A stretch of DNA of 64,000 nt from Candidatus Saccharimonadota bacterium (GCA_024402895.1 JAKSSX010000001.1:22090-86089); one strand, 5' to 3'. Counted from the first letter of the stretch, positions 53,400 to 62,963 are shown. The notes: generated by a model not told the origin, from the letters alone. A program made the numbers and translations.

Positions 53400-55184
53400 A
53401 TGTATAATCGCAAAATGCGGTATTTTTGGCTGAGGCTAGTGATAGCCGGTATGGTTCTGCTTTTTGTGTCTACCTTATTCTTTATTCAGATTGTTGAGCA
53501 CGATAAACACGTCCGTGATGCGAATGCGATGCGCGTTAAGCAGTACGAATTACTCGCGAAGCGTGGCGAAGTTTACTTTATGGATGGCGCAGAAAATGTG
53601 TCACCAGCTATTATGAACGAGCGTACGTGGACGGTCTTCGTTGATCCGAATTACATTATTACTTATGGCGGCACTAATGGTGTTTTAAAGAAAGAAAAGG
53701 TTCAGGAGAAGCTAACGGAGATTCTTGGCGATTCTTTGACGATGGGCTGGGATAAAGTTTGGGCTGATGAAAAGAATATGTATGTCGAGATTGCGAAGAA
53801 TGTTGATTATAGTACGGTTTCTAAGATTAAAGAAGCTAACTTGCGCGGTGTTGGCCGAAAGGAAACTTCTCGTCGCGTTTATCCTAATGGTATGCTTGGC
53901 GCGCAGCTGCTTGGCTTTACGAACGCCGAGGGTGTTGGTTCTGGCGTAGAGGGCGCTCTTAACACTCGTTTGTCCGGCAAGAATGGCATGCTGAAGACGG
54001 TTACGGATGTTAATGAGATTCCGCTTTCTGTTGGCGATGAAAATATCGAGATTGCTGCGCAGAATGGTGAAAATATTGTTCTGACGATTGACGAAAATAT
54101 TCAACGCGAGGCAGAGAAGGTGATTAAGAAGGCCGTTGTTAATCATAAGGGCGGAATTAGTGCGGCTAGTGCGCTCGTAATGGAGCCTACTACGGGTAAG
54201 ATTTGGGCAATGGCAAATTATCCTACTTACGATCCGGGTGTTTATTGGAAAGAGAAAGATCCAAATGTGTATGTAAACCGCGTAACTGAAACTCCATATG
54301 AGCCAGCGTCGGTATGTAAGCCATTTACTTATGCTGCAGCAATTAATGAAGGCAAGTTGAATCCTGATGCGACTTATCTAAATACTGGCAAGACGGAAGT
54401 TGGTGACCGCATCATGAATAACGCGTTTGGTACTGCGACTCGTAATGGGGTAATTACTTTCCGTAAGGCGCTCGATTATTCTTTGAATACTGGTAGTATT
54501 GAAGTGCTTCGCAAAATGGGCGACGGTACGAATATTACTAAGTCTGCGCGCGTGACACTTTATAACTACTTGCATGATAGTTTTGGATTCGGTCAAAAGA
54601 CTGGCGTTGAATTATATGAAGCAACGGGTAATATTATTAGCCCTAACGATCCTTCTGGCGAAGGCAATGCTGTACGTTATGCGAATATGACTTTTGGTCA
54701 GGGTATGAACTTAACAATGCTTCAGGTCGCAGCGGGCTTCTCGTCCCTAATTAATGGAGGTAATTACTTTACTCCGACTGTTATTGCTGGTACTTACGAG
54801 AATGGGGAATTAAAGCCAGTAGAGCAAAAGGCGGCTATTCGTAAGACTATTTCTAGTAGTACTAGTACTGAGATGCGTAAGATGCTACGCGAGGTGCGCA
54901 GCGAGAACGGTGGTTCCGGCGACTTACCTGGCTACAATGTCGGTATGAAGACTGGTACTGCGGAGACGATTAATCCGAAAACTGGTCAATATTGGTCAGG
55001 GAAGACGAACGCTGGCGCGCTTGGATATGGTGGATCTAATGAAGAAGGCGCATTACCGAGTTATGTAATTATGATAAGATTAGATGGAGAGACCTTGCTT
55101 TGGGGAAGCCAGGATGCTGTACCGGTATTTACTGAATTAAGTAATTACATGCTTCGTTATTTAAGGATTGAACCAAAGAAATAG
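53400..55184 (+). CDS. ftsI: class B penicillin-binding protein (FtsI/PBP2-type transpeptidase)
   Basis: SVCK (SxxK), SLN (SxN) and KTGTA motifs, with an N-terminal TM. Confidence 0.92.
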   Translation: MYNRKMRYFWLRLVIAGMVLLFVSTLFFIQIVEHDKHVRDANAMRVKQYELLAKRGEVYFMDGAENVSPAIMNERTWTVFVDPNYIITYGGTNGVLKKEKVQEKLTEILGDSLTMGWDKVWADEKNMYVEIAKNVDYSTVSKIKEANLRGVGRKETSRRVYPNGMLGAQLLGFTNAEGVGSGVEGALNTRLSGKNGMLKTVTDVNEIPLSVGDENIEIAAQNGENIVLTIDENIQREAEKVIKKAVVNHKGGISAASALVMEPTTGKIWAMANYPTYDPGVYWKEKDPNVYVNRVTETPYEPASVCKPFTYAAAINEGKLNPDATYLNTGKTEVGDRIMNNAFGTATRNGVITFRKALDYSLNTGSIEVLRKMGDGTNITKSARVTLYNYLHDSFGFGQKTGVELYEATGNIISPNDPSGEGNAVRYANMTFGQGMNLTMLQVAAGFSSLINGGNYFTPTVIAGTYENGELKPVEQKAAIRKTISSSTSTEMRKMLREVRSENGGSGDLPGYNVGMKTGTAETINPKTGQYWSGKTNAGALGYGGSNEEGALPSYVIMIRLDGETLLWGSQDAVPVFTELSNYMLRYLRIEPKK

Positions 55185-55194
55185 AAAGGAACAA

Positions 55195-56229
55195 ATGTTA
55201 CTAAACGATATTAATTCAAACATGGGCTACGAACTAGTCTTAGCGCTAGGTGCGTTTTTACTTTCAATGTTCTTGACTCCTATTTATACGACTTTTGCTT
55301 ATAAATATAAGCTATGGAAACGTCAGAAAACTGTTGATGTTTCGGGCAAAAAATTGACTGTCATGAATAAGCTTCATGCTGAGAAAATTAAGCGTCATTT
55401 TCCAACGATGGCTGGTATGATTATGCTTGTTGTTGTTCCGCTAGTCGTTATCGTCTGCAATTGTTTGAATCGTGGTCAGACTTGGTTGGCGCTTGCAGCG
55501 TTTGTTGGTGGTGGCATTATTGGTTTAGTTGATGACGCAATTAACCTTTTCGGTAAAAATGCGGCAGCCGGTTTGCGTGCTCCGGTTAAATTTGCAATGA
55601 TCACTGCGCTTGGCGTATTCTTGGGCTGGTTCTTTGCTGTAAAGCTTGGTTGGACAAGCATTGAAATTCCATTTGTAGGCGCATTTAATATTGGCGTTCC
55701 TGCAATGATTGCGTTGTTTGCTTTTGCTGTTGTCGCAACTGGCAACGCAGTTAATATTACGGATGGCATGGACGGTCTAGCTGGCGGCCTAGCGATGCTT
55801 GCTTATGGCGCGTATGGTATTATCGCACTTCTACAGGAGCAATGGTATTTGGCGGGATTCTGCTTTGTCGTAATCGGTGCTTTACTTTCCTATATTTGGT
55901 TTAACGTTTATCCAGCTCGTTTCATGATGGGCGATACTGGTTCATTTGCGCTTGGCGCCGGTCTTGGTGTTGTAGCAATGAATACAAACGCATTCTTCCT
56001 ACTTCCAATTATTGGTTGTCTATTTGTGCTTGAAGCTGGAAGCTCTTTGATTCAGATTTTCTCGAAGAAATTCTTCCATCGTAAAATCTTTATTTCTGCT
56101 CCTATTCACCATCATTTGCAAGCAAAGGGTTGGGAAGAAAGCAAAGTTGTGATGCGCTTCTGGATTATCGGTGGCGTCGCAGCAATGCTTGGCGTGTTCT
56201 TGGCAATGGGTGGGGGCGTAATTAGTTAA
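55195..56229 (+). CDS. mraY: phospho-N-acetylmuramoyl-pentapeptide transferase
   Basis: NAVNITDGMDGLA, MGDTGS and HHH motifs. Confidence 0.95.
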   Translation: MLLNDINSNMGYELVLALGAFLLSMFLTPIYTTFAYKYKLWKRQKTVDVSGKKLTVMNKLHAEKIKRHFPTMAGMIMLVVVPLVVIVCNCLNRGQTWLALAAFVGGGIIGLVDDAINLFGKNAAAGLRAPVKFAMITALGVFLGWFFAVKLGWTSIEIPFVGAFNIGVPAMIALFAFAVVATGNAVNITDGMDGLAGGLAMLAYGAYGIIALLQEQWYLAGFCFVVIGALLSYIWFNVYPARFMMGDTGSFALGAGLGVVAMNTNAFFLLPIIGCLFVLEAGSSLIQIFSKKFFHRKIFISAPIHHHLQAKGWEESKVVMRFWIIGGVAAMLGVFLAMGGGVIS

Positions 56230-57428
56230 TGCGCAAACACAAAGCAGATAAAATTATAGCTTTATTAGTTATTATTTTGATGCTTGCTAGTCTTGTAATC
56301 GTTTACGCGATTGGTGGACGTGTTGCTATTGCAAATAACGCTGCAAATGGCAAAAACTTTAGTGAAACATATTTCTTTACGCACCATATAGCGATCATTA
56401 CGGCATCGATAGTTGCGATGTTGATAGGCTATAAAATTTCATATAAATTCTTGGCAAAAATTGCAAAGAAATTATTCTGGTTTTCCGTTATTTTATGTTT
56501 GATGGTTACGATTTTCGGCCGTCTTAATGCGCCGTTCGTAACTTGCGATCTCGGTGCGTGTCGTGCATTTTGGGTTCCAATTGTGAATGCTGGTTTTCAG
56601 CCAGTTGAGCTTTTGAAAATCTGCGCAGCTCTTTATGGCGCATATTTGATTAGGTCACGTAAAAAAGAAGGGCAACTCGAAAGTAAGGAATTCTGGGTGC
56701 CATACGCTACGATTTTTGCTGTCACGGCGGTTATTATTGGTGGCTTCCATAAGGATTTGGGTAGTACGGTTGTAATCTCAATGATCCTAGCAAGTATGGC
56801 GTTGGTAGGCGGTGTCCCAGCAAAAAGATTATTTATGGCCGGTGGTGTATTGTTGGCGGCTGTAGCTGTTTTGATTTTGGTTGCACCACATCGCTTAGCG
56901 CGTATTACGGGTTGGGAAGGCGACGGCGATTCATATCACTTAAATAGTTCGATCATTACTTTTGGTACTGGCGGCTTGACTGGCTTAGGGTTAGGGAATA
57001 GCATTCAGGCTTCTGGCTATCTCCCGGAGTCTTTAACAGACTCAATCTTCTCGATTATCGGCGAAACTTGGGGTTTTATCGGAACGACGATTATTATCAT
57101 TATTTTCGCAACGCTGCTAGCTAGAATTCTTCGAGTTAGTGAGCGAACGGAAGATGAAGAGCAGAGTCTCTTTGCAGTGAGCGTTTTTGCCTGGATTATT
57201 AGCCATGTTATAATTAACGTAGGAGGAATGCTAGGTATTATTCCAATGAAAGGTATTACTTTGCCATTCCTAAGTTATGGCGGTACCGGCATGCTATTTG
57301 CAGCCTTCGCCGTTGGTATAGTTATTCAGATATCTGGATGGACAAAAAGGAAAGAAATAAATGAAGATTCTAGTAGTAGGCGGGGGCAGCGGCGGTCACG
57401 TTACTCCAATAGTAGCCGTCGTTCGTGA
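56229..57428 (+). CDS. ftsW: SEDS-family peptidoglycan glycosyltransferase FtsW/RodA
   Basis: Ten-TM pattern. PESLTDSIFS (cf. the P.. .TDFIF pattern), GITLPFLSYGGT. Confidence 0.9.
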   Translation: MRKHKADKIIALLVIILMLASLVIVYAIGGRVAIANNAANGKNFSETYFFTHHIAIITASIVAMLIGYKISYKFLAKIAKKLFWFSVILCLMVTIFGRLNAPFVTCDLGACRAFWVPIVNAGFQPVELLKICAALYGAYLIRSRKKEGQLESKEFWVPYATIFAVTAVIIGGFHKDLGSTVVISMILASMALVGGVPAKRLFMAGGVLLAAVAVLILVAPHRLARITGWEGDGDSYHLNSSIITFGTGGLTGLGLGNSIQASGYLPESLTDSIFSIIGETWGFIGTTIIIIIFATLLARILRVSERTEDEEQSLFAVSVFAWIISHVIINVGGMLGIIPMKGITLPFLSYGGTGMLFAAFAVGIVIQISGWTKRKEINEDSSSRRGQRRSRYSNSSRRS

Positions 57429-58533
57429 GATTTGGAAAATTCGTCCACGCGCTAATATTGAGTTTTGGACCGATAAAAAATATTACAAGAATGCTCGCAA
57501 AATTACCGTTGAAAACGGTATGGATTTGAGGATTCGTAAGACTGTTGCTGGTAAATTACGTCGTTATACGCATTTTACTTTCGTAACATATCTAAAGAAT
57601 TTCGATGTTGTCCTAAAGAATATTCGCGATGTTTTTAAAAATATTTTTGGCTTCTTTCAGTCTTTCTTTCGTCTAATTGTTAATCGTCCGGATGTAATTT
57701 TCTTTAAGGGCGGATATGTTTGCTTGCCAGTCGGTATGGCTGCAAAAATTTTACGTGTTCCGTATGTAATTCACGATAGTGATGCTGCGCCTGGCCTTAC
57801 GAACCGTTTGCTTGCAAAACGCGCTACTAAGATTGCGACCGGTATGCCGCTTGAATATTATTCCTATCCCGCAGATAAGGCGGAATGGACTGGTATTCCA
57901 ACTAGTGAAGATTTTAAACCAGTAAACGCAACTAAGCAGAAGGCGCTTAAAAAAGAACTTGGTTTCGATTCAGATAAACCTTTGCTCGTAGTCACTGGTG
58001 GCAGTCTCGGAGCGGAAAATATTAATCTTGCGATTCGCGAAATTTTGCCGCAGCTCCTAAAGTTTACTAGCGTTATGTTAGTCGCTGGACGTGAGCGCTA
58101 TCCGGAAATGATGGATCTTAAAGAATACGAAAAATGGGAAGACGGTGAACTTGTTTCAAACTTCCGCATGGTTCAATTCTCGAGTGAGATGCATAAGTTA
58201 TTTGGTGCGGCAGATATTGTTGTAAGCCGCGCTGGCGCATCTACTATGACTGAGCTTTCAAGTATGGCTAAAACCGTTATTATGGTGCCAAATGAGAAGC
58301 TTCCTGGCTTCCATCAGGTAAAGAATGCTCGTGCATACGAAAAGGCGAATGCTGTCGTTGTTGTCGAAGATAACGAGATGCATAAAAAGCCGGAATTGTT
58401 GCTTGATGCAATCCGCAAGCTCTCAAAGAATAGCGACAAGAGCGCTGAATTAGCTAAGAATCTACGCAGTTTCATAAAAGACAATGCTGCTGAAAACTTA
58501 GCAAACACGATTATTTCTGTAGCTAAAAATTAA
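57361..58533 (+). CDS. murG: undecaprenyl-PP-MurNAc-pentapeptide GlcNAc transferase
   Basis: MKILVVGGGSGGHVTP N-terminus. GGSLGA and SRAGASTMTEL motifs. Confidence 0.92.
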   Translation: MKILVVGGGSGGHVTPIVAVVREIWKIRPRANIEFWTDKKYYKNARKITVENGMDLRIRKTVAGKLRRYTHFTFVTYLKNFDVVLKNIRDVFKNIFGFFQSFFRLIVNRPDVIFFKGGYVCLPVGMAAKILRVPYVIHDSDAAPGLTNRLLAKRATKIATGMPLEYYSYPADKAEWTGIPTSEDFKPVNATKQKALKKELGFDSDKPLLVVTGGSLGAENINLAIREILPQLLKFTSVMLVAGRERYPEMMDLKEYEKWEDGELVSNFRMVQFSSEMHKLFGAADIVVSRAGASTMTELSSMAKTVIMVPNEKLPGFHQVKNARAYEKANAVVVVEDNEMHKKPELLLDAIRKLSKNSDKSAELAKNLRSFIKDNAAENLANTIISVAKN

Positions 58534-58796
58534 TTTCGAAAAAGTTCTCCGTAACTCAAATAAGTTTTGTTTTTGCTTTGCATGCAGAGAAGAGAAAAGC
58601 TTGTAGAAAGAGCCCATTTACTTACGATGATTAAACGAAAAAGACGATGAAAAGTCACGGAGAATTGAAGAACTACTATTCGCTCAGGGTGCTGACGCAA
58701 ATAGTCTGAGTCGTATTTTAGGGTAGTTTTCATAGAAGAGAAGCGCAAGCTTTTTATATTACGCATTTTTTGATTTTTATTTCATAATATGAAGTC

Positions 58797-58825
58797 TTGA
58801 AAAATATCTTGATTTAAGTTAAAAT
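58797..58825 (+). promoter_or_regulatory. promoter of tRNA-Glu
   Basis: TTGAAA, 17-nt spacer, TAAAAT. The tRNA starts 11 nt downstream. Confidence 0.55.
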
Positions 58826-58835
58826 GATAACAACT

Positions 58836-58911
58836 GGTCACGTCGTCTAGTGGTTAGGACTCCTGGTTTTCATCCAGGCAATCGCGGGTTCGACTCCCGC
58901 CGTGATCACCA
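58836..58911 (+). tRNA. tRNA-Glu (anticodon TTC)
   Basis: Cloverleaf. Anticodon stem CCTGG/CCAGG with loop TTTTCAT. GGTTCGACTCC T-arm. Encoded CCA. Confidence 0.92.
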
Positions 58912-58923
58912 TTTAGTTTATTA

Positions 58924-58952
58924 AAATCGCCTGTTTTGACGGGCGATTTTTT
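58924..58952 (+). terminator. terminator after tRNA-Glu
   Basis: AATCGCC ... GGCGATT followed by TTTT. Confidence 0.8.
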
Positions 58953-58978
58953 GTGCTGATTATGGTAAAATATAAGAT

Positions 58979-60412
58979 ATGAGTACACTATTTAAAAGAA
59001 CAAAAATTTTAGCGACTGTAGGTCCTTCTGTTTTTGAGGAAGAGAAGCTAAAAGAGATGGTCTATGCGGGCGTCAATGGCTTCCGTCTAAACTTTTCTCA
59101 CGGCACCTACGATGAGCGCGACGAACAAATTCGTATTATTCGCAAATATGCCGCAGAGCGTGGTAAATCAGTAGCAATCGTTCAGGATTTGCAGGGTCCA
59201 AAGATTCGCCTTGGCGAGTTAAAAGATAATCATCTTGACCTTAAGAAGGGTGACGAAATCGTTCTCGATTACGCAGTAAAAGAGCATGATGGTAGTCTTC
59301 ATATGCCAGTTCAGTACAACCTCGCAAAGCGTGCTAAGGTTGGCGAGCCTATCTTCCTCTTTGATGGTAAGATTCGCACTAGCGTCATCGAAGTAGTTTC
59401 TGAAACTGCTATTAAGTGCCGCGTTGAAAATGATGGCTTCGTTATGAGCCGTAAGGGTGTAAACCTTCCAGAAACTGATCTTGGTGGTGATATTTTCACT
59501 GAGAAGGATTTGGCTGATATTGAGTTCGGTGCAAGCCGCGATTTCGATTACGTTGCAATGAGCTTCGTTCAGACTGCATCTGATATTGAAAAGATGCGCC
59601 AGATTCTTACTTCTCATGGCTCTAAGGCAAAAATCATCGCAAAGATTGAGACTAAGAAAGCTGTTGAAACCGACGAAGGTCTCGAGGCTATCGTCAAAGC
59701 AACTGATGGTATTATGATCGCTCGTGGCGATATGGCTATCGAAGCAGGTGCTGAGGTTGTTCCTATTGTTCAGCGCAAGCTTATCGCTTTCTGCCGCCAG
59801 TATTCAAAGATTTGTATCGTTGCTACCCAGATGATGGCAAGCATGGTCGACAACCCAGAACCAACTCGTGCAGAGGTTTCTGACGTTGCAACCGGCGTTA
59901 TCCTTGGTGCAGACGCAGTTATGCTTTCCGATGAGACTGCAAACGGTAAGTATCCTATCGAAACCATTCTTGAGATGAAGAAAGTTATTCTTTACACTCA
60001 GAACCATACCCGTATTCAGGCTCTCGACGCATTGCCAACTGGTACCTACCAGAACTACGATCATATCGCACGCGCTGTTGCTGATATCGCAGAAGGCGTT
60101 AAGGCTGATGTAATCGCAGTTGCAACTAAGTCTGGTGCTACTGCACTCGCAATCGCTGCACAGCGTCCAAACGTTCCTATTATTTCTATCACAAGCGATC
60201 ATCGCGTTGCAGGTCAGCTAGCTCTTACCTACGCAAACTCTTCATTTGTTCGCGAATATGATGAGAACTATGCATTCGATGCAGTTCAGGATCTTAAGAA
60301 TGAAGGTTATCTAAAGCTCTCTGAGGGTCAGGATAGCTTGAAGGTTGTTCTTGTTTCCGGTCTTCGTGACGAACAGGGCGGCACAAACAGTATTCAAATT
60401 CGCAAAGTTTAG
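58979..60412 (+). CDS. pyk: pyruvate kinase
   Basis: TKILATVGPS, NFSHG, MIARGDM and ATQMMASM motifs. Confidence 0.95.
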   Translation: MSTLFKRTKILATVGPSVFEEEKLKEMVYAGVNGFRLNFSHGTYDERDEQIRIIRKYAAERGKSVAIVQDLQGPKIRLGELKDNHLDLKKGDEIVLDYAVKEHDGSLHMPVQYNLAKRAKVGEPIFLFDGKIRTSVIEVVSETAIKCRVENDGFVMSRKGVNLPETDLGGDIFTEKDLADIEFGASRDFDYVAMSFVQTASDIEKMRQILTSHGSKAKIIAKIETKKAVETDEGLEAIVKATDGIMIARGDMAIEAGAEVVPIVQRKLIAFCRQYSKICIVATQMMASMVDNPEPTRAEVSDVATGVILGADAVMLSDETANGKYPIETILEMKKVILYTQNHTRIQALDALPTGTYQNYDHIARAVADIAEGVKADVIAVATKSGATALAIAAQRPNVPIISITSDHRVAGQLALTYANSSFVREYDENYAFDAVQDLKNEGYLKLSEGQDSLKVVLVSGLRDEQGGTNSIQIRKV

Positions 60413-60439
60413 TAGTGGGTTTATAAAAGGAGGGCTCAA

Positions 60440-61519
60440 ATGTCGAATTTTAGAAAGAAAACAATTCAGGATGTCGAAATCGCCGGCAAGACTGTATTAG
60501 TTCGTGTAGATTACAATGTTCCAATCAAGGATGGCGTCATTCAGGAAGACATGCGCATTTGCGGCAGTCTATCTACGATTCGCTATCTCCTAGATCAGGG
60601 CGCACGCAAAGTAATTCTAATGTCGCATTTGGGCCGTCCAGACGGCGCTTACGTGCCAGAGATGTCTCTGGCACCATGCGCACAGCGCCTTGGCGAGCTT
60701 TTGCCAGATAAAGTCGTGCGTTTTTCTGATATGATTTATGGCCAGGATGCAAAAGATGCAGTTGCTGCATTGCCAGAAGGCGGTATTTTGCTCTTGGAGA
60801 ACTTGCGCTATGTTCCTGATGAGGAAGAAAACTCTGCTGAGTTTGCGCAAGAGATTGTTGATGCTACTGGCGCAGAGCTATTTGTTCAGGATGGCTTCGC
60901 TGTAATCCATCGTGCGCATGCATCGACTGATGCAATTGCGCGTATTTTGCCTGCAGTTGCCGGTTTCTTGGTCGAGAATGAAGTTTCTCGCCTAGAAGGT
61001 GCTATGGAAAATCCTGAACGCCCACTCTTAGTTATTGTTGGTGGTGCTAAAGTTGCCGATAAGCAGCCATTGATTGATAAGTTCTTGCCGATCGCAGACA
61101 AGATTGCTGTTGGCGGTAAAATTGCAGCTGACGGTTACACTAGCGACGATCCAAAGATTTATGTTGCCGAAGATTTTGCTGAAGATGAAAATGGCGCAAA
61201 ATTGGATATTGGCCCAGCAAGTACAGCAAAGATTGTTGATTTGATTAATGAATCTAAGACTATCGTTTGGAACGGTACTCTTGGCATGGTTGAAAATGAA
61301 GTATTTGCTCGTGGCTCTTATGCTATTGCTAAAGCGATGGGCGAAAAACATGACAGCATGACGATTATTGGTGGTGGTGATACTGCTGGTTATGTTGAAA
61401 GTGTTATTAAGAATAGCGGCGAGTTATCGTATAGCTTAATTTCTACTGGCGGTGGCGCAAGCCTAGAGTTGCTATCCGGTAAGAAATTGCCAGGTCTAGA
61501 AGTATTACAGGATAAGTAA
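60440..61519 (+). CDS. pgk: phosphoglycerate kinase (short, 359 aa)
   Basis: RVDYNVP, MSHLGRP and STGGGASLELL motifs. AAGGAGGG Shine-Dalgarno. Confidence 0.95.
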   Translation: MSNFRKKTIQDVEIAGKTVLVRVDYNVPIKDGVIQEDMRICGSLSTIRYLLDQGARKVILMSHLGRPDGAYVPEMSLAPCAQRLGELLPDKVVRFSDMIYGQDAKDAVAALPEGGILLLENLRYVPDEEENSAEFAQEIVDATGAELFVQDGFAVIHRAHASTDAIARILPAVAGFLVENEVSRLEGAMENPERPLLVIVGGAKVADKQPLIDKFLPIADKIAVGGKIAADGYTSDDPKIYVAEDFAEDENGAKLDIGPASTAKIVDLINESKTIVWNGTLGMVENEVFARGSYAIAKAMGEKHDSMTIIGGGDTAGYVESVIKNSGELSYSLISTGGGASLELLSGKKLPGLEVLQDK

Positions 61520-61521
61520 AA

Positions 61522-62166
61522 ATGAATCAGTGGGGTGGTAATCAGAACTATAGGCCAAGTAAAAAGTCTTCGAGTGTGAAGAAGGCTAAACGTTCTGATG
61601 CCGCCACGCAGGTTGTCCCTAATAAAACCGAGCGCGATTATCGCGTTGGAAAAACTATCGCTAATGCGACTAATAACGCGCGAAAACGTAATCTAGAGCA
61701 TATTGCTGCTCGTAAAAAGCAACAGCGCAAGAATGTAATTGTTGTCTTTTGCGTGCTCGTAATTATTGTTGCTGTGGGTATCGTATTATCTAACTATGTA
61801 GCCAAGAAGACTGCCGAGCATCAGGCATCGTTAGCTGAGAAAAATCCGATCACTCCTACCGTCTCTATTGTTGATGAAAATGTTGGCAACAATGTTTCCG
61901 AGCGCGTAAAAGTCTTCGTAGCTCGTATTGAGGCAGATGCGAAGGAATATAATGTCGAGATTGATCACGTTGTCTTGCCTTTTCAGAAGGCTAGGGAAAT
62001 AATCGTTTATTTTAAAGATCGTAAAGAATATTACAAGATGACGATGGAGCGGGGCAGTGCTGTCCAGGTTGAGGATGCTGAGCGTATGATGCGCTATTTG
62101 GACGGGAAGTCATTGAAGCCTGAATATGTTGATTTGCGCGTGGAGGGCAAGGCTTACTATAAATAA
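61522..62166 (+). CDS. membrane-anchored protein, basic N-terminus
   Basis: One TM (VIVVFCVLVIIVAVGIVL) and a roughly 125-aa ectodomain. The terminal EYVDLRVEGKAYY weakly recalls the FtsQ/DivIB C-terminus; this is speculative. Confidence 0.6.
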   Translation: MNQWGGNQNYRPSKKSSSVKKAKRSDAATQVVPNKTERDYRVGKTIANATNNARKRNLEHIAARKKQQRKNVIVVFCVLVIIVAVGIVLSNYVAKKTAEHQASLAEKNPITPTVSIVDENVGNNVSERVKVFVARIEADAKEYNVEIDHVVLPFQKAREIIVYFKDRKEYYKMTMERGSAVQVEDAERMMRYLDGKSLKPEYVDLRVEGKAYYK

Positions 62167-62202
62167 GCTCTATGCGGCTTCACTTCTGGAGTAGTCCCCT
62201 AA

Positions 62203-62220
62203 TGTTCGGTTTTTGTTCGG
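62203..62220 (+). repeat. copy 1 of direct repeat TGTTCGGTTTTTGTTC
   Basis: The identical 16-mer recurs at 63026-63041. A 12-mer core TGTTCGGTTTTT also occurs at 51208-51219. Confidence 0.85.
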
Positions 62221-62937
62221 TCGAAAAAATATAGTGACGTCGACGGGCTAGGGCGGGAGAATCTATATTTTGAAATGAAATTGTAAAAAAGTCAAATGGG
62301 CAGGGGAGTCATAGAAAAATCCGGACATGCGTGAAATCTGTGGAAAAATATACATTTCACGCGGACCGAGATTTGGCTAGACTGTGGAAAACTATGTTAT
62401 AATATGTGATTTTACAGGGGTCGTTTGATGTATCTGCGTAAATGAAAGTCAAATTTTGGCTCCATTCGAGCACTTCTGGATACTCCCCCGAGCTGAAATT
62501 TCCGGGGGAGCGGCCCTTTTTGACTATATTGATCGTCATGCGTATACAAGGGTGGCTACGTATGCGAAAAGAAAAATATATCTGTTAGAAGGTCTTTGCT
62601 GAGATATATGTGTATATATCCGACGATTGTTTATATGCCTGTGTGTATGATATGTAATAGTCGTAAAATATACATTGTGCGACATTGGATATTAAGGCAA
62701 AAGTTGATTATACACCCGTCTCGTTTATGCTTAGTTTTTAGACTCCAGCCGGCTTTCGGCTGTATTTGCCCTCTATTTTGCGCTCTAACGTGCTTCTGCT
62801 TACTTTTTCGGTTATCTACACGTCTAGCCATATTTTGAGTGTCCTGTGCGTTCCTGTGACTTCGGCTATAAATGGCTTCCCCGGATATTTTCGGATTCTA
62901 ACAGGGGTAGCTGCGGGATTATCGGTATATGCGATCA

Positions 62938-62963
62938 GGGGTGGGGAGGGGTAGTAACAGGGG
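62938..62963 (+). other. G-quadruplex-forming motif GGGGtGGGGaGGGGtagtaacaGGGG
   Basis: Four G4 tracts with loops of 1, 1 and 8 nt, in an otherwise AT-rich spacer. Confidence 0.6.

Noticed and set aside
58530-58766. 78-aa minus-strand ORF convergent with murG
   Set aside because: It has no SD, overlaps the murG stop and gives a low-complexity product. The 300-nt spacer is more likely the promoter region for tRNA-Glu.
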